Shown piece by piece: positions 9,530 through 19,257 of a stretch of 64,000 bases of DNA. The notes under the pieces are model-generated. The model was not told the DNA's origin. It did no database searches and saw only the letters and a list, made by a program, of their open reading frames with translations. Source of the stretch: Promethearchaeati archaeon (GTDB lineage: Archaea > Asgardarchaeota > Heimdallarchaeia > Heimdallarchaeales > Heimdallarchaeaceae); the NCBI GenBank assembly GCA_013166775.1, contig JABLTJ010000014.1:1-64000 (forward strand), read 5' to 3'. How positions within the stretch are numbered: position 1 is the stretch's first letter; every line of letters starts with the position of its first letter. A program made the position numbers and the translations under genes.

Positions 9530-9680
9530 TTTCTTTCCTCAGAATTTTCCAATTAAGATAGTACAAAAATAAATGAATGATACATTTTAAGTATTTCTCT
9601 GATTGGGATTAATCGTTTGATTGGATCCAAACAATCATCCACTCATCATTGTTGAATTTTATAGAAGAACAACTATGATT

Positions 9681-10877
9681 TTATTTATCTCTCTCTTCTG
9701 AAAAATCTAATACAGTTGCAATAGTTGCTTGAGTAACTTTCTTCATGAAATCAAAATCTAGTTTATCAATAGTATCAGCTTCTGTATGGTAGTAAGGATT
9801 TCTAAAATTGGCTGTATCAGTTATCATCAAAGCAGGAATGTTTTCTTTCCAGAAAGGAGCATGATCTGCTCTAAGTGTATCATGTATCCATTTAGCTATT
9901 TTTTCAAATCTTAAAGGTAATTTTCCCCACAGATATGGAAGCTTTATCTCTTCATTTTTACAGCTTTTACAAAACACTTTTCCTAGATTTTTTGAATTCT
10001 TATCACTTACTACAGAAATGAAATTACCTATCTTCTTGAAAGCTTTTACTTTATAAGATGGTAAAGTTAATGGATTCATAAATGGAGGTAAAATTTGAGA
10101 GTTTTTTCTTTTACTAGTATATCCTACTGATTCTAAGTTAATTACTCCTTTGATTTTTTTCTTCTCTTCAATTGCTTTATTAACCCAATTATTGCTCCCT
10201 ATAACTCCTGATTGACCTATCCATGAAGTTCTAGTCATATTAGATCTTAGATCAATAACATATTTGCAGAATTCTTTCTCTAAATCAGTAAGTTCTTCTT
10301 TTATATCATCAAATGCTTTCTCATATGATTCCAATATTGGTTTACCTTTAGAAATTCTTAATCTAACTTTCGAATAGAATTTTTTCAACATCTTTTGAGA
10401 ATGATAAGACTTATACTTATAGTTCCCATCGAATATTCCCAATTCAATTCCTTTTTCTCTGTGCTTCTGAGACAAGGTAGGATTCAATTCTTCTAAAGTA
10501 AAACTTACAAACCGGATACTTCCTGTGTAATCTTCAGCAGCTAACACTCTTGCTATTTCTAACATTGCAGCTACAGCGGATCCATTATCATCAGCTCCTG
10601 GAGCATTTCTAACGGTATCATAATGACTAGTAACCAGAATTTCAGGTTTGGTTTCATCTCCCAACCATCCTTCGATATTTCTAAAAATAATATCTGAACC
10701 TTCAATTTCAAATGAGTGTTCATTTATTTGTAGACCATATTTTTGAAATTCTGACAAAATATAATCTGCTGTTTCATTGAGTTTTCTGAGATCAACAATA
10801 TGATGTTTGACACCTTCAATCTTCAGTACATGTTGATATAATCTTTCTATTTCCACTTTTTGAAGAATACTACACAT
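9681..10877 (-). CDS. Peptidase M28 family
   Basis: SHYDT, PGADDNGSAVA, FTLEE, INLESVGY, ADHAPFW, NPYYHTEADT. Confidence 0.9.
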   Translation of the reverse strand: MCSILQKVEIERLYQHVLKIEGVKHHIVDLRKLNETADYILSEFQKYGLQINEHSFEIEGSDIIFRNIEGWLGDETKPEILVTSHYDTVRNAPGADDNGSAVAAMLEIARVLAAEDYTGSIRFVSFTLEELNPTLSQKHREKGIELGIFDGNYKYKSYHSQKMLKKFYSKVRLRISKGKPILESYEKAFDDIKEELTDLEKEFCKYVIDLRSNMTRTSWIGQSGVIGSNNWVNKAIEEKKKIKGVINLESVGYTSKRKNSQILPPFMNPLTLPSYKVKAFKKIGNFISVVSDKNSKNLGKVFCKSCKNEEIKLPYLWGKLPLRFEKIAKWIHDTLRADHAPFWKENIPALMITDTANFRNPYYHTEADTIDKLDFDFMKKVTQATIATVLDFSEERDK

Positions 10878-10974
10878 TGAGCTTCAATTGATTCTAAAAT
10901 AATAATTTAAAAGAGTTTTGCGAGAGAGGGAAGTATTTTTTAATGTTTTAATTTCACTCTCTCTGAGATAATCT

Positions 10975-11493
10975 ATGAAACGAATCGTTGTGATTGGAAA
11001 TGCAGCAGCTGGTAAGTCTAACTTTTCAATGAGAGTCAATGAAATAACGAATATCCCAGTTTACCACTTAGATAAAATTCTCTGGAAAAAAGATTGGGAA
11101 CGAACGTCTGAAGAAGAATTTACATTTAGACATGATGAGATTCTTAAAGAAGATTCATGGATTATTGATGGTGTTGCATACAAATCTACTTACCCAAAAC
11201 GATTCTCCAGAGCAGATACAATAATTTTTCTTGACACTCCTTTAGAAGAATGTAAAGAACGAGGACTTCAGAGAATGAAAGAGGATATAGAACGTCCTAA
11301 TCCATATGTTACGGAGGGATGTAGATATCCTCTTGAATTTATCAAGGAACAAAATGATGTTATCGAGTTATTTCATAATGAATATAGAAAGTATATTTTA
11401 GAGATGATTGAACAATATAAAAAAGAAAAAACAGTTATTCTCCTTAAAACAAATAAAGATACTCAAAATTTTCTTGAAACTTTGAAAAATTAA
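10975..11493 (+). CDS. P-loop kinase, FlaR/topology modulation protein-like
   Basis: RIVVIGNAAAGKS, HLDKILW, WIIDG, RADTIIFLD. Confidence 0.8.
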   Translation: MKRIVVIGNAAAGKSNFSMRVNEITNIPVYHLDKILWKKDWERTSEEEFTFRHDEILKEDSWIIDGVAYKSTYPKRFSRADTIIFLDTPLEECKERGLQRMKEDIERPNPYVTEGCRYPLEFIKEQNDVIELFHNEYRKYILEMIEQYKKEKTVILLKTNKDTQNFLETLKN

Positions 11494-11717
11494 AAAAAAA
11501 CATTAAAAAAACAATGTAAATAAAGTGAGTATAGTTCTTAGTTTCTTAATTCTGTATCTAATTTCATAAATAGTAATAAGTGGTTTTCCATTTTAAAAGA
11601 TTACTTAAAAATTTACACCCAAAAACACAGCAATCTCGAAAGTACAACAGGAACAAACCAGAACCAAATAATAAAAGACTAGAAACTAAAAAAAAAAAGA
11701 GTTTGTTTTTGTTTATT

Positions 11718-12437
11718 TTAGATATCCTGATTGTCTATGAAGTACAAAGCTAGTATTTCTGCAAATACAACAGCTTTTTGGAACAATGGTCCTAAATTTA
11801 ATGGTCCTACTCCTAACCAATCTAGTGCAAATACTGTGAAGTATCCAAGTAGAATGATTATCACTATTGCTGATAGGATTATATCCCAAATTGTATCTAG
11901 TTTATTTACATCATCAGCTTTGTCTTTTCTTTTCTTGATTAAGCTTGAGATTTGAAGTAAAGCATTGAATGCTGCAAATCCACCAATAAATATACCAGCT
12001 CCAGCAAGATGAAGAATTCTCAACGAGTGATCTAAAGGAATAGCTACTCCTGCAGCTCCTATTGCTAGTGCGACACTTAGAATACCTTTTGGTAACCAAA
12101 GATGTAAATCTCTGTTTACAAAGTAAAGTACACCTACTACTAAAACAAGTAATCCACATACTCCAAATCCTATCATCATTATAAGCATTGAATTAGAATT
12201 GACAGCTCCCAAATTACTGGAAAAGCCACCTAGGTTGCTAATGTGCTCGTCAAAAAATTGATATTTCTCTGGATAATAGGCTATGGCAAGAAATAATGTT
12301 ACAATCAGGAAGTAGGCCATAATTATAAACAAATTTTTTATTGCTATTTGAACCCTTTTTGGAGGATCATATGCTCTCATTCGGAACATGTGATAATTAT
12401 TATTAAAGTCATGTATAAACCTTTCTAGAAAATTCAA
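11718..12437 (-). CDS. Membrane protein, DUF998-like
   Basis: YYP.KY.F....ISNLG, several TMs, LHLAGA, PLFQK. Confidence 0.65.
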   Translation of the reverse strand: MNFLERFIHDFNNNYHMFRMRAYDPPKRVQIAIKNLFIIMAYFLIVTLFLAIAYYPEKYQFFDEHISNLGGFSSNLGAVNSNSMLIMMIGFGVCGLLVLVVGVLYFVNRDLHLWLPKGILSVALAIGAAGVAIPLDHSLRILHLAGAGIFIGGFAAFNALLQISSLIKKRKDKADDVNKLDTIWDIILSAIVIIILLGYFTVFALDWLGVGPLNLGPLFQKAVVFAEILALYFIDNQDI

Positions 12438-12499
12438 TGCACTTATTGCTTTACAGTTACTAACAGATTTATATGTTTCCGATTTTACAAATAGATTAG

Positions 12500-13111
12500 A
12501 TGAGCTTATACTGTAGAATTTGTGAGGAAAGAATAAAGATTAAGAAGAAGAAATCATTTTTTGAACCTCGATTTAATTCCACAACTCATTGATCTTTTAG
12601 GTGTCAATTTGCTAGTTTCAGATTTTTCTTACTACCAGCAGGTATATTCTTTCTTATTGCTTGTTTCGCCATAGCTTATCCTCTATTCAATCGAGACCAA
12701 GATCTATAGTCTTTGTTTTTAGTTATGTTTCCCATAATTTTCTTGGGATTGTTTCTTCTAATAGCAGGTTTAGTCAGTTCAAGCATCTACATGAAAATAA
12801 GAAGGGAAATTAGTAGGAAAAAATATCACTGTTTTTATTGTGGATATGATGTAACTCTTACAAACAAACAGGACTCTCTTCTCTGTAATAGCTGTGGTAA
12901 TAAAGTGCTATTCTGTAATTTGTGCTCAAAATTAATTAATCCAAGTGAGGATATAGCTAGAATAAAACCATGCAACCATATTTTTCACAAAAGTGAGCTT
13001 CTTGATTTTGTAGAAGATGAGAAACACTGTCCTAAATGCAAAGGAAACATCGATGAATTATCCTTCCATATAGATAAAAATGATGAGGAATTTTGGATAA
13101 AAGCTAAGTGA
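12500..13111 (+). pseudogene. Membrane protein with N-terminal Zn finger, two TMs, zinc ribbon and RING-H2-like domain; two in-frame stops (TGA 12590, TAG 12707)
   Basis: ATG12500 is in frame with ORF 12713-13111: MSLYCRIC...TH*SFRC...TM...DL*SL. C-terminal CNLC-x15-CNHIFH-x2-E-x10-CPKC. Confidence 0.7.
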
Positions 13112-13753
13112 TTATTCCTTCTTATTGTTCTTACTGAAAATCAGATGTAGTACTTCGACCAAGAAACCTAATCCACTGTGTGTGCAATCACATCCTCCAC
13201 AATCACCACATCCTCCACAATCACCACAATCTCCACAACCTCCACAATCTCCACAATCTCCACAATCTCCGCAGTCTCCACAGCTAGAGTCTCCACAGCA
13301 TTCATTACAGTCAGATCCTGTGCAATTACAATCACCACAATAGCATGGTCCATAACAACCACTGGTTCTATATCTTCTTCTAGGATTAACTGCAGATGAA
13401 ATTATTGCCAGAACAAGGAAGATAGGTCCAAAAATACCTAATAGGATATAGAATATAATTTCAGAGAGAAAACCAGTGTAGAAATACAAGAAGATCACTA
13501 CACCTGCTGCAATCAAGAAGAATATACTAAAAGCACTTGCAGAATTTGATTTTCTTCCGCGTGGAACTCTTTCTTGTTGACTTACCGGTCCTTGCTGATA
13601 TGTTTGTGTCCGTTCAGCAGCTTGATATCTAATTGGCAGTTGATCTTGTTTAAATTGAAGAATTACTTTCTCAAGATTATTCCCACAGTACTCACAGAAT
13701 TTTCCTTCTGATTTATGAGCTTGACCACAATTGGGACAGAAGATTTCTTTCAT
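13112..13753 (-). CDS. Zinc-ribbon, 2-TM protein with Cys-Gly-Asp repeat tail (paralogue family member 2)
   Basis: CPNC..FCEYCG, two hydrophobic segments, 20 Cys in ~58 aa near the C-terminus. Confidence 0.8.
   Translation of the reverse strand: MKEIFCPNCGQAHKSEGKFCEYCGNNLEKVILQFKQDQLPIRYQAAERTQTYQQGPVSQQERVPRGRKSNSASAFSIFFLIAAGVVIFLYFYTGFLSEIIFYILLGIFGPIFLVLAIISSAVNPRRRYRTSGCYGPCYCGDCNCTGSDCNECCGDSSCGDCGDCGDCGDCGGCGDCGDCGGCGDCGGCDCTHSGLGFLVEVLHLIFSKNNKKE
13184..13283 (-). repeat. 9-bp coding tandem repeat encoding (CG[D/G])x10
   Basis: caatctcca/caatcacca/catcctcca units on the + strand. Confidence 0.9.
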
Positions 13754-13915
13754 TCAAAATCCAAATAATCAGTTATATTATAAAAAGATATTGTGAATTA
13801 TTGATATAATAACATAGGAAATTAAGCTTAGCAAGAACAGCCCTTAAATCTTCTATCAAATATCATTATTCTCATATAAAGTATATTTTTTAATAAAATC
13901 CTTGATACTAGATTT

Positions 13916-14944
13916 ATGAAAATCGGTTTACTAACTGGTGGTGGAGACTGTCCAGGGCTTAATGCAGTTATTAGAGCAGTGGGTAGGAAAGGGATTGATT
14001 ATTATAATGATAAATTCATTGGAATAAAACATGGTTGGGCAGGTTTAATGTCTCTTGACTATGTAGACTTAGAAAGAAAAAACTTTTCTGGAATCCTTCA
14101 TCTGGGAGGAACAATTTTAGGATCTTCTCGAACAAATCCTGCAAAGGAAGAAGGGGGGTTTGATAAAGTATTAAAAAATTTCAAAGAATTAGAATTAGAT
14201 GCTCTTGTAGTAATAGGGGGGAATGATACTCTTGGAGTAGCATTGAAATTATCAGATAAAAGTATACCATTAGTTGGTGTTCCTAAAACTATCGACAATG
14301 ATATTTCTGCAACTGATATGTCTTTTGGATTTGATACAGCTGTTTCTGTTGCAACAGAAGCTATTGACAGATTACATACTACTGCTGAGTCACATCACAG
14401 GTGTATAGTAGTTGAAGTTATGGGTCGTCATGCAGGTTGGATAGCTACACATGCAGGAATAGCAGGAGGAGCAGATATTGTTCTTATACCCGAGGAATCT
14501 TTCAGTATAGATGATGTTATTGATAAGATTCAAAGAAGAATGACTAGAGGAAAATTCTTTTCTATTGTTGTAGTAGCGGAAGGTTTTCAGTTCAAAGAAA
14601 ATAGTTGGAAAGATAGAATTAGAGAAACTGATGATTTTGGTAATGTCCGATTAGGTGGTGTGGGAGAACTAGTTGCTAATGAAATAGAAAAACGTTTAAA
14701 CATAGAATCCAGAGTAGTTGTTCTAGGTCATGTACTAAGAGGAGGAGTACCAACAGCTTTTGATAGAATTTTAGGTACTAAATATGGTATTGCTGCTATA
14801 GATATGGTGCATAAAGAGCAATTTGGTATGATGACAGCACTCCGAGGAACAAAGGTTGTTCCAGTTCCTTTAGTTGAGGGAGTGAAGGAATCTAAAACCG
14901 TAGATAAAGAAACATATGAAATTGCAAAAGTATTCTTTGGATAG
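13916..14944 (+). CDS. pfkA: 6-phosphofructokinase, PfkA superfamily group III (PPi/ATP)
   Basis: LTGGGDCPGLNAVIR, GGTILGSSR, IGGNDT, VPKTIDND, EVMGRHAGW, LGHVLRGG. Confidence 0.95.
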   Translation: MKIGLLTGGGDCPGLNAVIRAVGRKGIDYYNDKFIGIKHGWAGLMSLDYVDLERKNFSGILHLGGTILGSSRTNPAKEEGGFDKVLKNFKELELDALVVIGGNDTLGVALKLSDKSIPLVGVPKTIDNDISATDMSFGFDTAVSVATEAIDRLHTTAESHHRCIVVEVMGRHAGWIATHAGIAGGADIVLIPEESFSIDDVIDKIQRRMTRGKFFSIVVVAEGFQFKENSWKDRIRETDDFGNVRLGGVGELVANEIEKRLNIESRVVVLGHVLRGGVPTAFDRILGTKYGIAAIDMVHKEQFGMMTALRGTKVVPVPLVEGVKESKTVDKETYEIAKVFFG

Positions 14945-14986
14945 AAAAAAAGAAATCAGCAATAATAATTGTACTAGAAACTATAT

Positions 14987-15967
14987 TTATATGAATTGTC
15001 TAGATTTTTCATCTATCTCTTTTAATTCATTCTTAGATAATTGTATCCTCATAGCTCTACTGTTAGATTCAGCTTGATTTGCTTTCGTTGCACCTGGTAT
15101 TGCTACGACGATTTTCCCGTGGAAATTAACTAACCAATTAAGAGCAACTTGTGTTATAGTTGCTTTGTGATTTGCTGCTATATTTTCTAGAACGTCGATT
15201 AAATTCTGACTCTCTTTGATTTGATTTCTACTTCGTAGTCTTCTTACTGCCGGTTGATTCTTAAACATTTCTTTGTCTTTATGAAACTTACCAGATAATA
15301 TTCCACTTTGTAGAGGAGACCAGCTAATGATTGTGATTCCTAATTCTTTAGCAGCATCTAGTACTCCATTTGATTCGATATTTCTTTTGATAAGACTATA
15401 GTTGACTTGATTGGAAGCAAGAACTAAATCCTTCTCTTCTAAAATCTCATGAGCTTTTCTCATCTGTTTCGCTGAGAAATTACTAATTCCTATTGATTTG
15501 ATATGACCTTCTTCAAAAATGTCTGCCATTGCATCAAATTGCTTTTGAAATGATGAAAGTGAATAAGGCATATGTATTTGATGTAAGTCTATTGAATAAG
15601 GATGGAGATGTTTTAATCGATTAGCAATGGTTTTTCTTATCGATTCTGCTCTTCTCATCATGGGCATCCACTTTGTTGCAATTACAACTTCTTCATCTTC
15701 AATTCCAGCTGCTTGTAAACCTTTAGACAGCTTCTCTTCCGATAACCCAAAACCATAAGCTTCTGCAGTATCGAACCAGTTGATTCCTCCATCTAAAGCT
15801 GTTTTAACTATAGAATTAGATTCTTTGTCAGTAAGAGCGGGATACACAAATTTCATGAAAGTAGTACCACCAGCGAACTGCATAACTCCTTGTCCAATAG
15901 GTGTGATTTTGATCTTAGTTTTTCCTAGATTTCGTAAAACAATTTCACTTGTTGTTCCTTTACTCAT
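14987..15967 (-). CDS. Aldo/keto reductase
   Basis: FDTAEAYG, IATK, IDLHQIH, IGISNFS, SNQVNYSL, WSPL, AIPGA. Confidence 0.93.
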   Translation of the reverse strand: MSKGTTSEIVLRNLGKTKIKITPIGQGVMQFAGGTTFMKFVYPALTDKESNSIVKTALDGGINWFDTAEAYGFGLSEEKLSKGLQAAGIEDEEVVIATKWMPMMRRAESIRKTIANRLKHLHPYSIDLHQIHMPYSLSSFQKQFDAMADIFEEGHIKSIGISNFSAKQMRKAHEILEEKDLVLASNQVNYSLIKRNIESNGVLDAAKELGITIISWSPLQSGILSGKFHKDKEMFKNQPAVRRLRSRNQIKESQNLIDVLENIAANHKATITQVALNWLVNFHGKIVVAIPGATKANQAESNSRAMRIQLSKNELKEIDEKSRQFI

Positions 15968-16132
15968 GCGTTTTCTGAAACCTTACTGTTATTAAAAACT
16001 TGCATTCTTCAAGAAATAAAATAAAAATAAACTGTAGAAGTTTCTATAACTTAGCACTAACTTCCTGAATCCAAAATAATCACACGAAAAAGACTTATTC
16101 TACTTCTGTTTAGTATTACATGGTCAATTAAA

Positions 16133-17071
16133 ATGTACAAGAGAAGGAGGTTTTCTCTAATAGTACTTATTGTGATTCTGATATCATCTCCTCTATGTAC
16201 AGCAAGTGATTTGGATAGCGTATGGGGGGAATACGAAAGTTTCTACAAATTTAGTTATCTAAAGGAATATCAGATCTATGACGCTTCAGAAGAAGTTATC
16301 GACACTGCAATTTATAAAACAGATTATAGTTTCTGGAATTTAACTATTGAGGATAACTGGTTACACTATCGTTGTTCTGAATACATGAAGGTACTTGCAT
16401 TTTTAAAGTGTACAACGGAGAGTTGTTACAATTATACTCTGTTCACTCGTTTCAATTATGACAGATTCACTGAAACAGTGGGGATAGGAATAGCTTTGGA
16501 CTTGGATGAAGGTTTAATTTACACAACTGATGCAAACGGAAAACCATATGGAAATGTTTACGAAATTGCTATTCCACTAAATATAATGCAAGTTTTTTTC
16601 AATAACTATTTCTGGTTTGGTCTTTTTGCTTTATTCTTACCGGTGGAATCTCCTTCTTTCTCTTTTATCACTGATTATTCGGATTATGCGGAATTTCCAA
16701 ACTCCTTTTTTGATTGTAAATATGAAACAGATTTCAAATATAGAGGAGAAAAAATTAATGGTCATTATTTCAAAATAGTTTTCGAAGAGGGAGAAATGTT
16801 TGATTATTCTGTAGTGTTTGAGAATCATGAAATGGAGTTCAAATACTCAGATAAAGGTATTCTTTATAGCTTCTCAGATTCATCAGAAATATATTCTAAT
16901 ATAAGTGGAAATATAAAATTAGAAAAAACACAGATATGGCAAGTTTTTCTTGAAAATGAAGGAAAGACTGTTTATGAAACTAGAAATAATAATCTTCCTT
17001 TTAATCTTATTTTATTTTCAATACTGATAGCAGTAATATTGAGAAAGAAAAGAAAAAGTAATGTTTTCTAA
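16133..17071 (+). CDS. Secreted hypothetical protein with C-terminal TM+basic tail
   Basis: Signal peptide; tail LILFSILIAVILRKKRK. Confidence 0.75.
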   Translation: MYKRRRFSLIVLIVILISSPLCTASDLDSVWGEYESFYKFSYLKEYQIYDASEEVIDTAIYKTDYSFWNLTIEDNWLHYRCSEYMKVLAFLKCTTESCYNYTLFTRFNYDRFTETVGIGIALDLDEGLIYTTDANGKPYGNVYEIAIPLNIMQVFFNNYFWFGLFALFLPVESPSFSFITDYSDYAEFPNSFFDCKYETDFKYRGEKINGHYFKIVFEEGEMFDYSVVFENHEMEFKYSDKGILYSFSDSSEIYSNISGNIKLEKTQIWQVFLENEGKTVYETRNNNLPFNLILFSILIAVILRKKRKSNVF

Positions 17072-17077
17072 AGTATA

Positions 17078-17392
17078 TTATCTGCAATCTGACCCCCCGC
17101 AACACCAAAGAAAGAATAGAATGCTACAAAGAGCATCAAAGAAACTATTTGTTCTTACTTCATCTCTATAACCTCGATCATAATCTGAATGGGAGGATGA
17201 AGAGCTATATGTTCTTTGTTCTGGACCTTGCTGATATGGACCACTATGTATAGGTTCTGTTTGATATTTAACAGGCAACCTATCATTTTTGTAGTCCATT
17301 ATTACTTCTTCCAAATTCGCACCACAAAATTGGCAGAATTTTCCACTCTTTTCGTGTTTGTTCCCACAATTAGGACAGAATACTCCACTCAT
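17078..17392 (-). CDS. Zinc-ribbon protein with C-terminal hydrophobic/Cys tail (paralogue family member 3)
   Basis: Start moved to MSGVFCPNCG by paralogy; ends ALCSILFFLWCCGGSDCR. Confidence 0.8.
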   Translation of the reverse strand: MSGVFCPNCGNKHEKSGKFCQFCGANLEEVIMDYKNDRLPVKYQTEPIHSGPYQQGPEQRTYSSSSSHSDYDRGYRDEVRTNSFFDALCSILFFLWCCGGSDCR

Positions 17393-17453
17393 ACAAGTGA
17401 AATAGTGCAAAACTTCTATATAAATATAGAGATAAAAAAAGAAGAAAAAAGAA

Positions 17454-19151
17454 TTACTCAATGTTTATTTTTTCTGGTAAAATCATCCACATGTGAGTCT
17501 TCTTGTAAGGTTCTAACCATTCATCCATGAATAGATCTATTTGTCCATCTTTATACCATATTGGAACATCTAGCTTAGCTTTGTAGATATCTTCAATTCT
17601 ACAGTTCTCTGGTTTCACTTTTGCTAATTCTGCAGCTTTGTTTATTGCTTGTTTTAAATTCCCTAGTTCATCTATCAAACCAATTTCTAAAGCATCTCTA
17701 CCTGACCAGACTCTACCTCCGCAATGTTTCTCAAATTGCTTTCTTTCCATTTTACGAAATTCTCCTACATGACCAAGAAAAATATCATATAGTGAGTTAA
17801 TTTCATCAAAAACTAGCTTCCTTTCTTCTTCACTGAAAGGTTTGTCAGGACTAAAGAGACCAGCTCTTTCTCCTCTGCGGATATATTCTCTATTAATTCC
17901 TTGTTTTCCTAATCCACCTTGTGTGATTATTTTCATACCTATAACACCAATAGATCCTGTAATGGTCATAGGTTGAGCTATCACCCAATTTGCTGATGTA
18001 GCTATATAGTAACCTCCAGAAGCTGCAACATCATTGAAATAGACAACTAAAGGTTTTTTCTTTACAAGTTCTTTAATTGCAGAGCGCATTGCTTCAGAAG
18101 AAACGATGGTTCCACCGCCTGAATTAACATGAAAAACTACAGCTTTTATTTTCTTATCGCGTTTTGCCCTTCGAATGAGACCAACTATGGTTTGATCTCC
18201 TGCTTGATCATCACCAAAGATTGGTATAGGTATTTTTATTGGTGGTTTTCGACTTTTACCATCAACAATTGTTCCTTCTACTGATATCACAGCTATAGAT
18301 TTTCTAGCTGATTTAGGTCTTGGAATTGTCAATTTCTTGAGCGATCTTTCTACTGTAAGTATTTTGAGTTTCTTACCTTTTGAGTAGGTTTTCCTTGTAT
18401 GTTCTATAAGCTCTTCTTCAGAGATGATTCGGTTAATCAAATCTTTTTCTAAAGCATCCTTTGCTGTATATGGAGCTTTATTTATAATCTCAATAACTTC
18501 TTTTTCCTTTTTATTTAGAGAAGTACTCAAAGCAGAGACTATTGTTTCAAAGATTGTATCTAAAATCGCTGATCTTTGTTCCTTGTCTTCCTTTGAAAAA
18601 TCTGTTCGACGGAACATATCACCAGCTGATTTGTATGGAGAAATTGGTACAACATCTGCTTTATATCCTCTTTTTTCTAAGGCATCTTTTAAGAAAAGTC
18701 GATGCATTTGAACACCAATAATATCAAGACCTCCAGCTCTTTGAAGACAGATTTCATTAGCAGCAGAAGCTACATAGTATTCTAAGAAACCTAAATTGTG
18801 TCCGTATACTATAACCTTCTTTCCTTTTGCTCTAAAGTCTACAATAATATCTCGAAGAGATTGTATTCGTGCTAATCCATCTGGAAGTTTTCTCAAATGT
18901 ATTATTATTCCTTCAAAATTCCTTAATTTGCTTATTCTTTCAAAATAACTATCAAGAAAGGCTAGTGAAAGTAGTTTTGGAGGAAACAATTTTCGTTGAA
19001 TATAATTCTTAGGAGGTGCAGAACGTTCTTTTAAAGGTTCATCAAGATCTAGATAAATCCACCTGAGTTTTCTAGATTTTCTCCTTCTATTTACATTTTT
19101 TATTTCTCTAATTATTGGTTTAATAACCATTGAAATCAATTGATTGAACAA
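17454..19151 (-). CDS. sppA: Signal peptide peptidase SppA, long (two-domain) form
   Basis: YYVASAANEI, PYKSA (Lys), DVAASGGYY (Ser), ITGSIGV, GRVWSG. Confidence 0.9.
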   Translation of the reverse strand: MFNQLISMVIKPIIREIKNVNRRRKSRKLRWIYLDLDEPLKERSAPPKNYIQRKLFPPKLLSLAFLDSYFERISKLRNFEGIIIHLRKLPDGLARIQSLRDIIVDFRAKGKKVIVYGHNLGFLEYYVASAANEICLQRAGGLDIIGVQMHRLFLKDALEKRGYKADVVPISPYKSAGDMFRRTDFSKEDKEQRSAILDTIFETIVSALSTSLNKKEKEVIEIINKAPYTAKDALEKDLINRIISEEELIEHTRKTYSKGKKLKILTVERSLKKLTIPRPKSARKSIAVISVEGTIVDGKSRKPPIKIPIPIFGDDQAGDQTIVGLIRRAKRDKKIKAVVFHVNSGGGTIVSSEAMRSAIKELVKKKPLVVYFNDVAASGGYYIATSANWVIAQPMTITGSIGVIGMKIITQGGLGKQGINREYIRRGERAGLFSPDKPFSEEERKLVFDEINSLYDIFLGHVGEFRKMERKQFEKHCGGRVWSGRDALEIGLIDELGNLKQAINKAAELAKVKPENCRIEDIYKAKLDVPIWYKDGQIDLFMDEWLEPYKKTHMWMILPEKINIE

Positions 19152-19257
19152 CTCCCATTATTTATTTTTTGCTATTTGAAGAAAACTAGTTTTAAACTGT
19201 TCTTATTATTTCTTAACTTGATTTTTGAATTCACTAGGAATATGTTAAGAAATTTAA

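Noticed and set aside
13125-13399. PQS-, TIS- and VEI-repeat ORFs
   Set aside because: Alternative frames of the 9-bp CGD repeat
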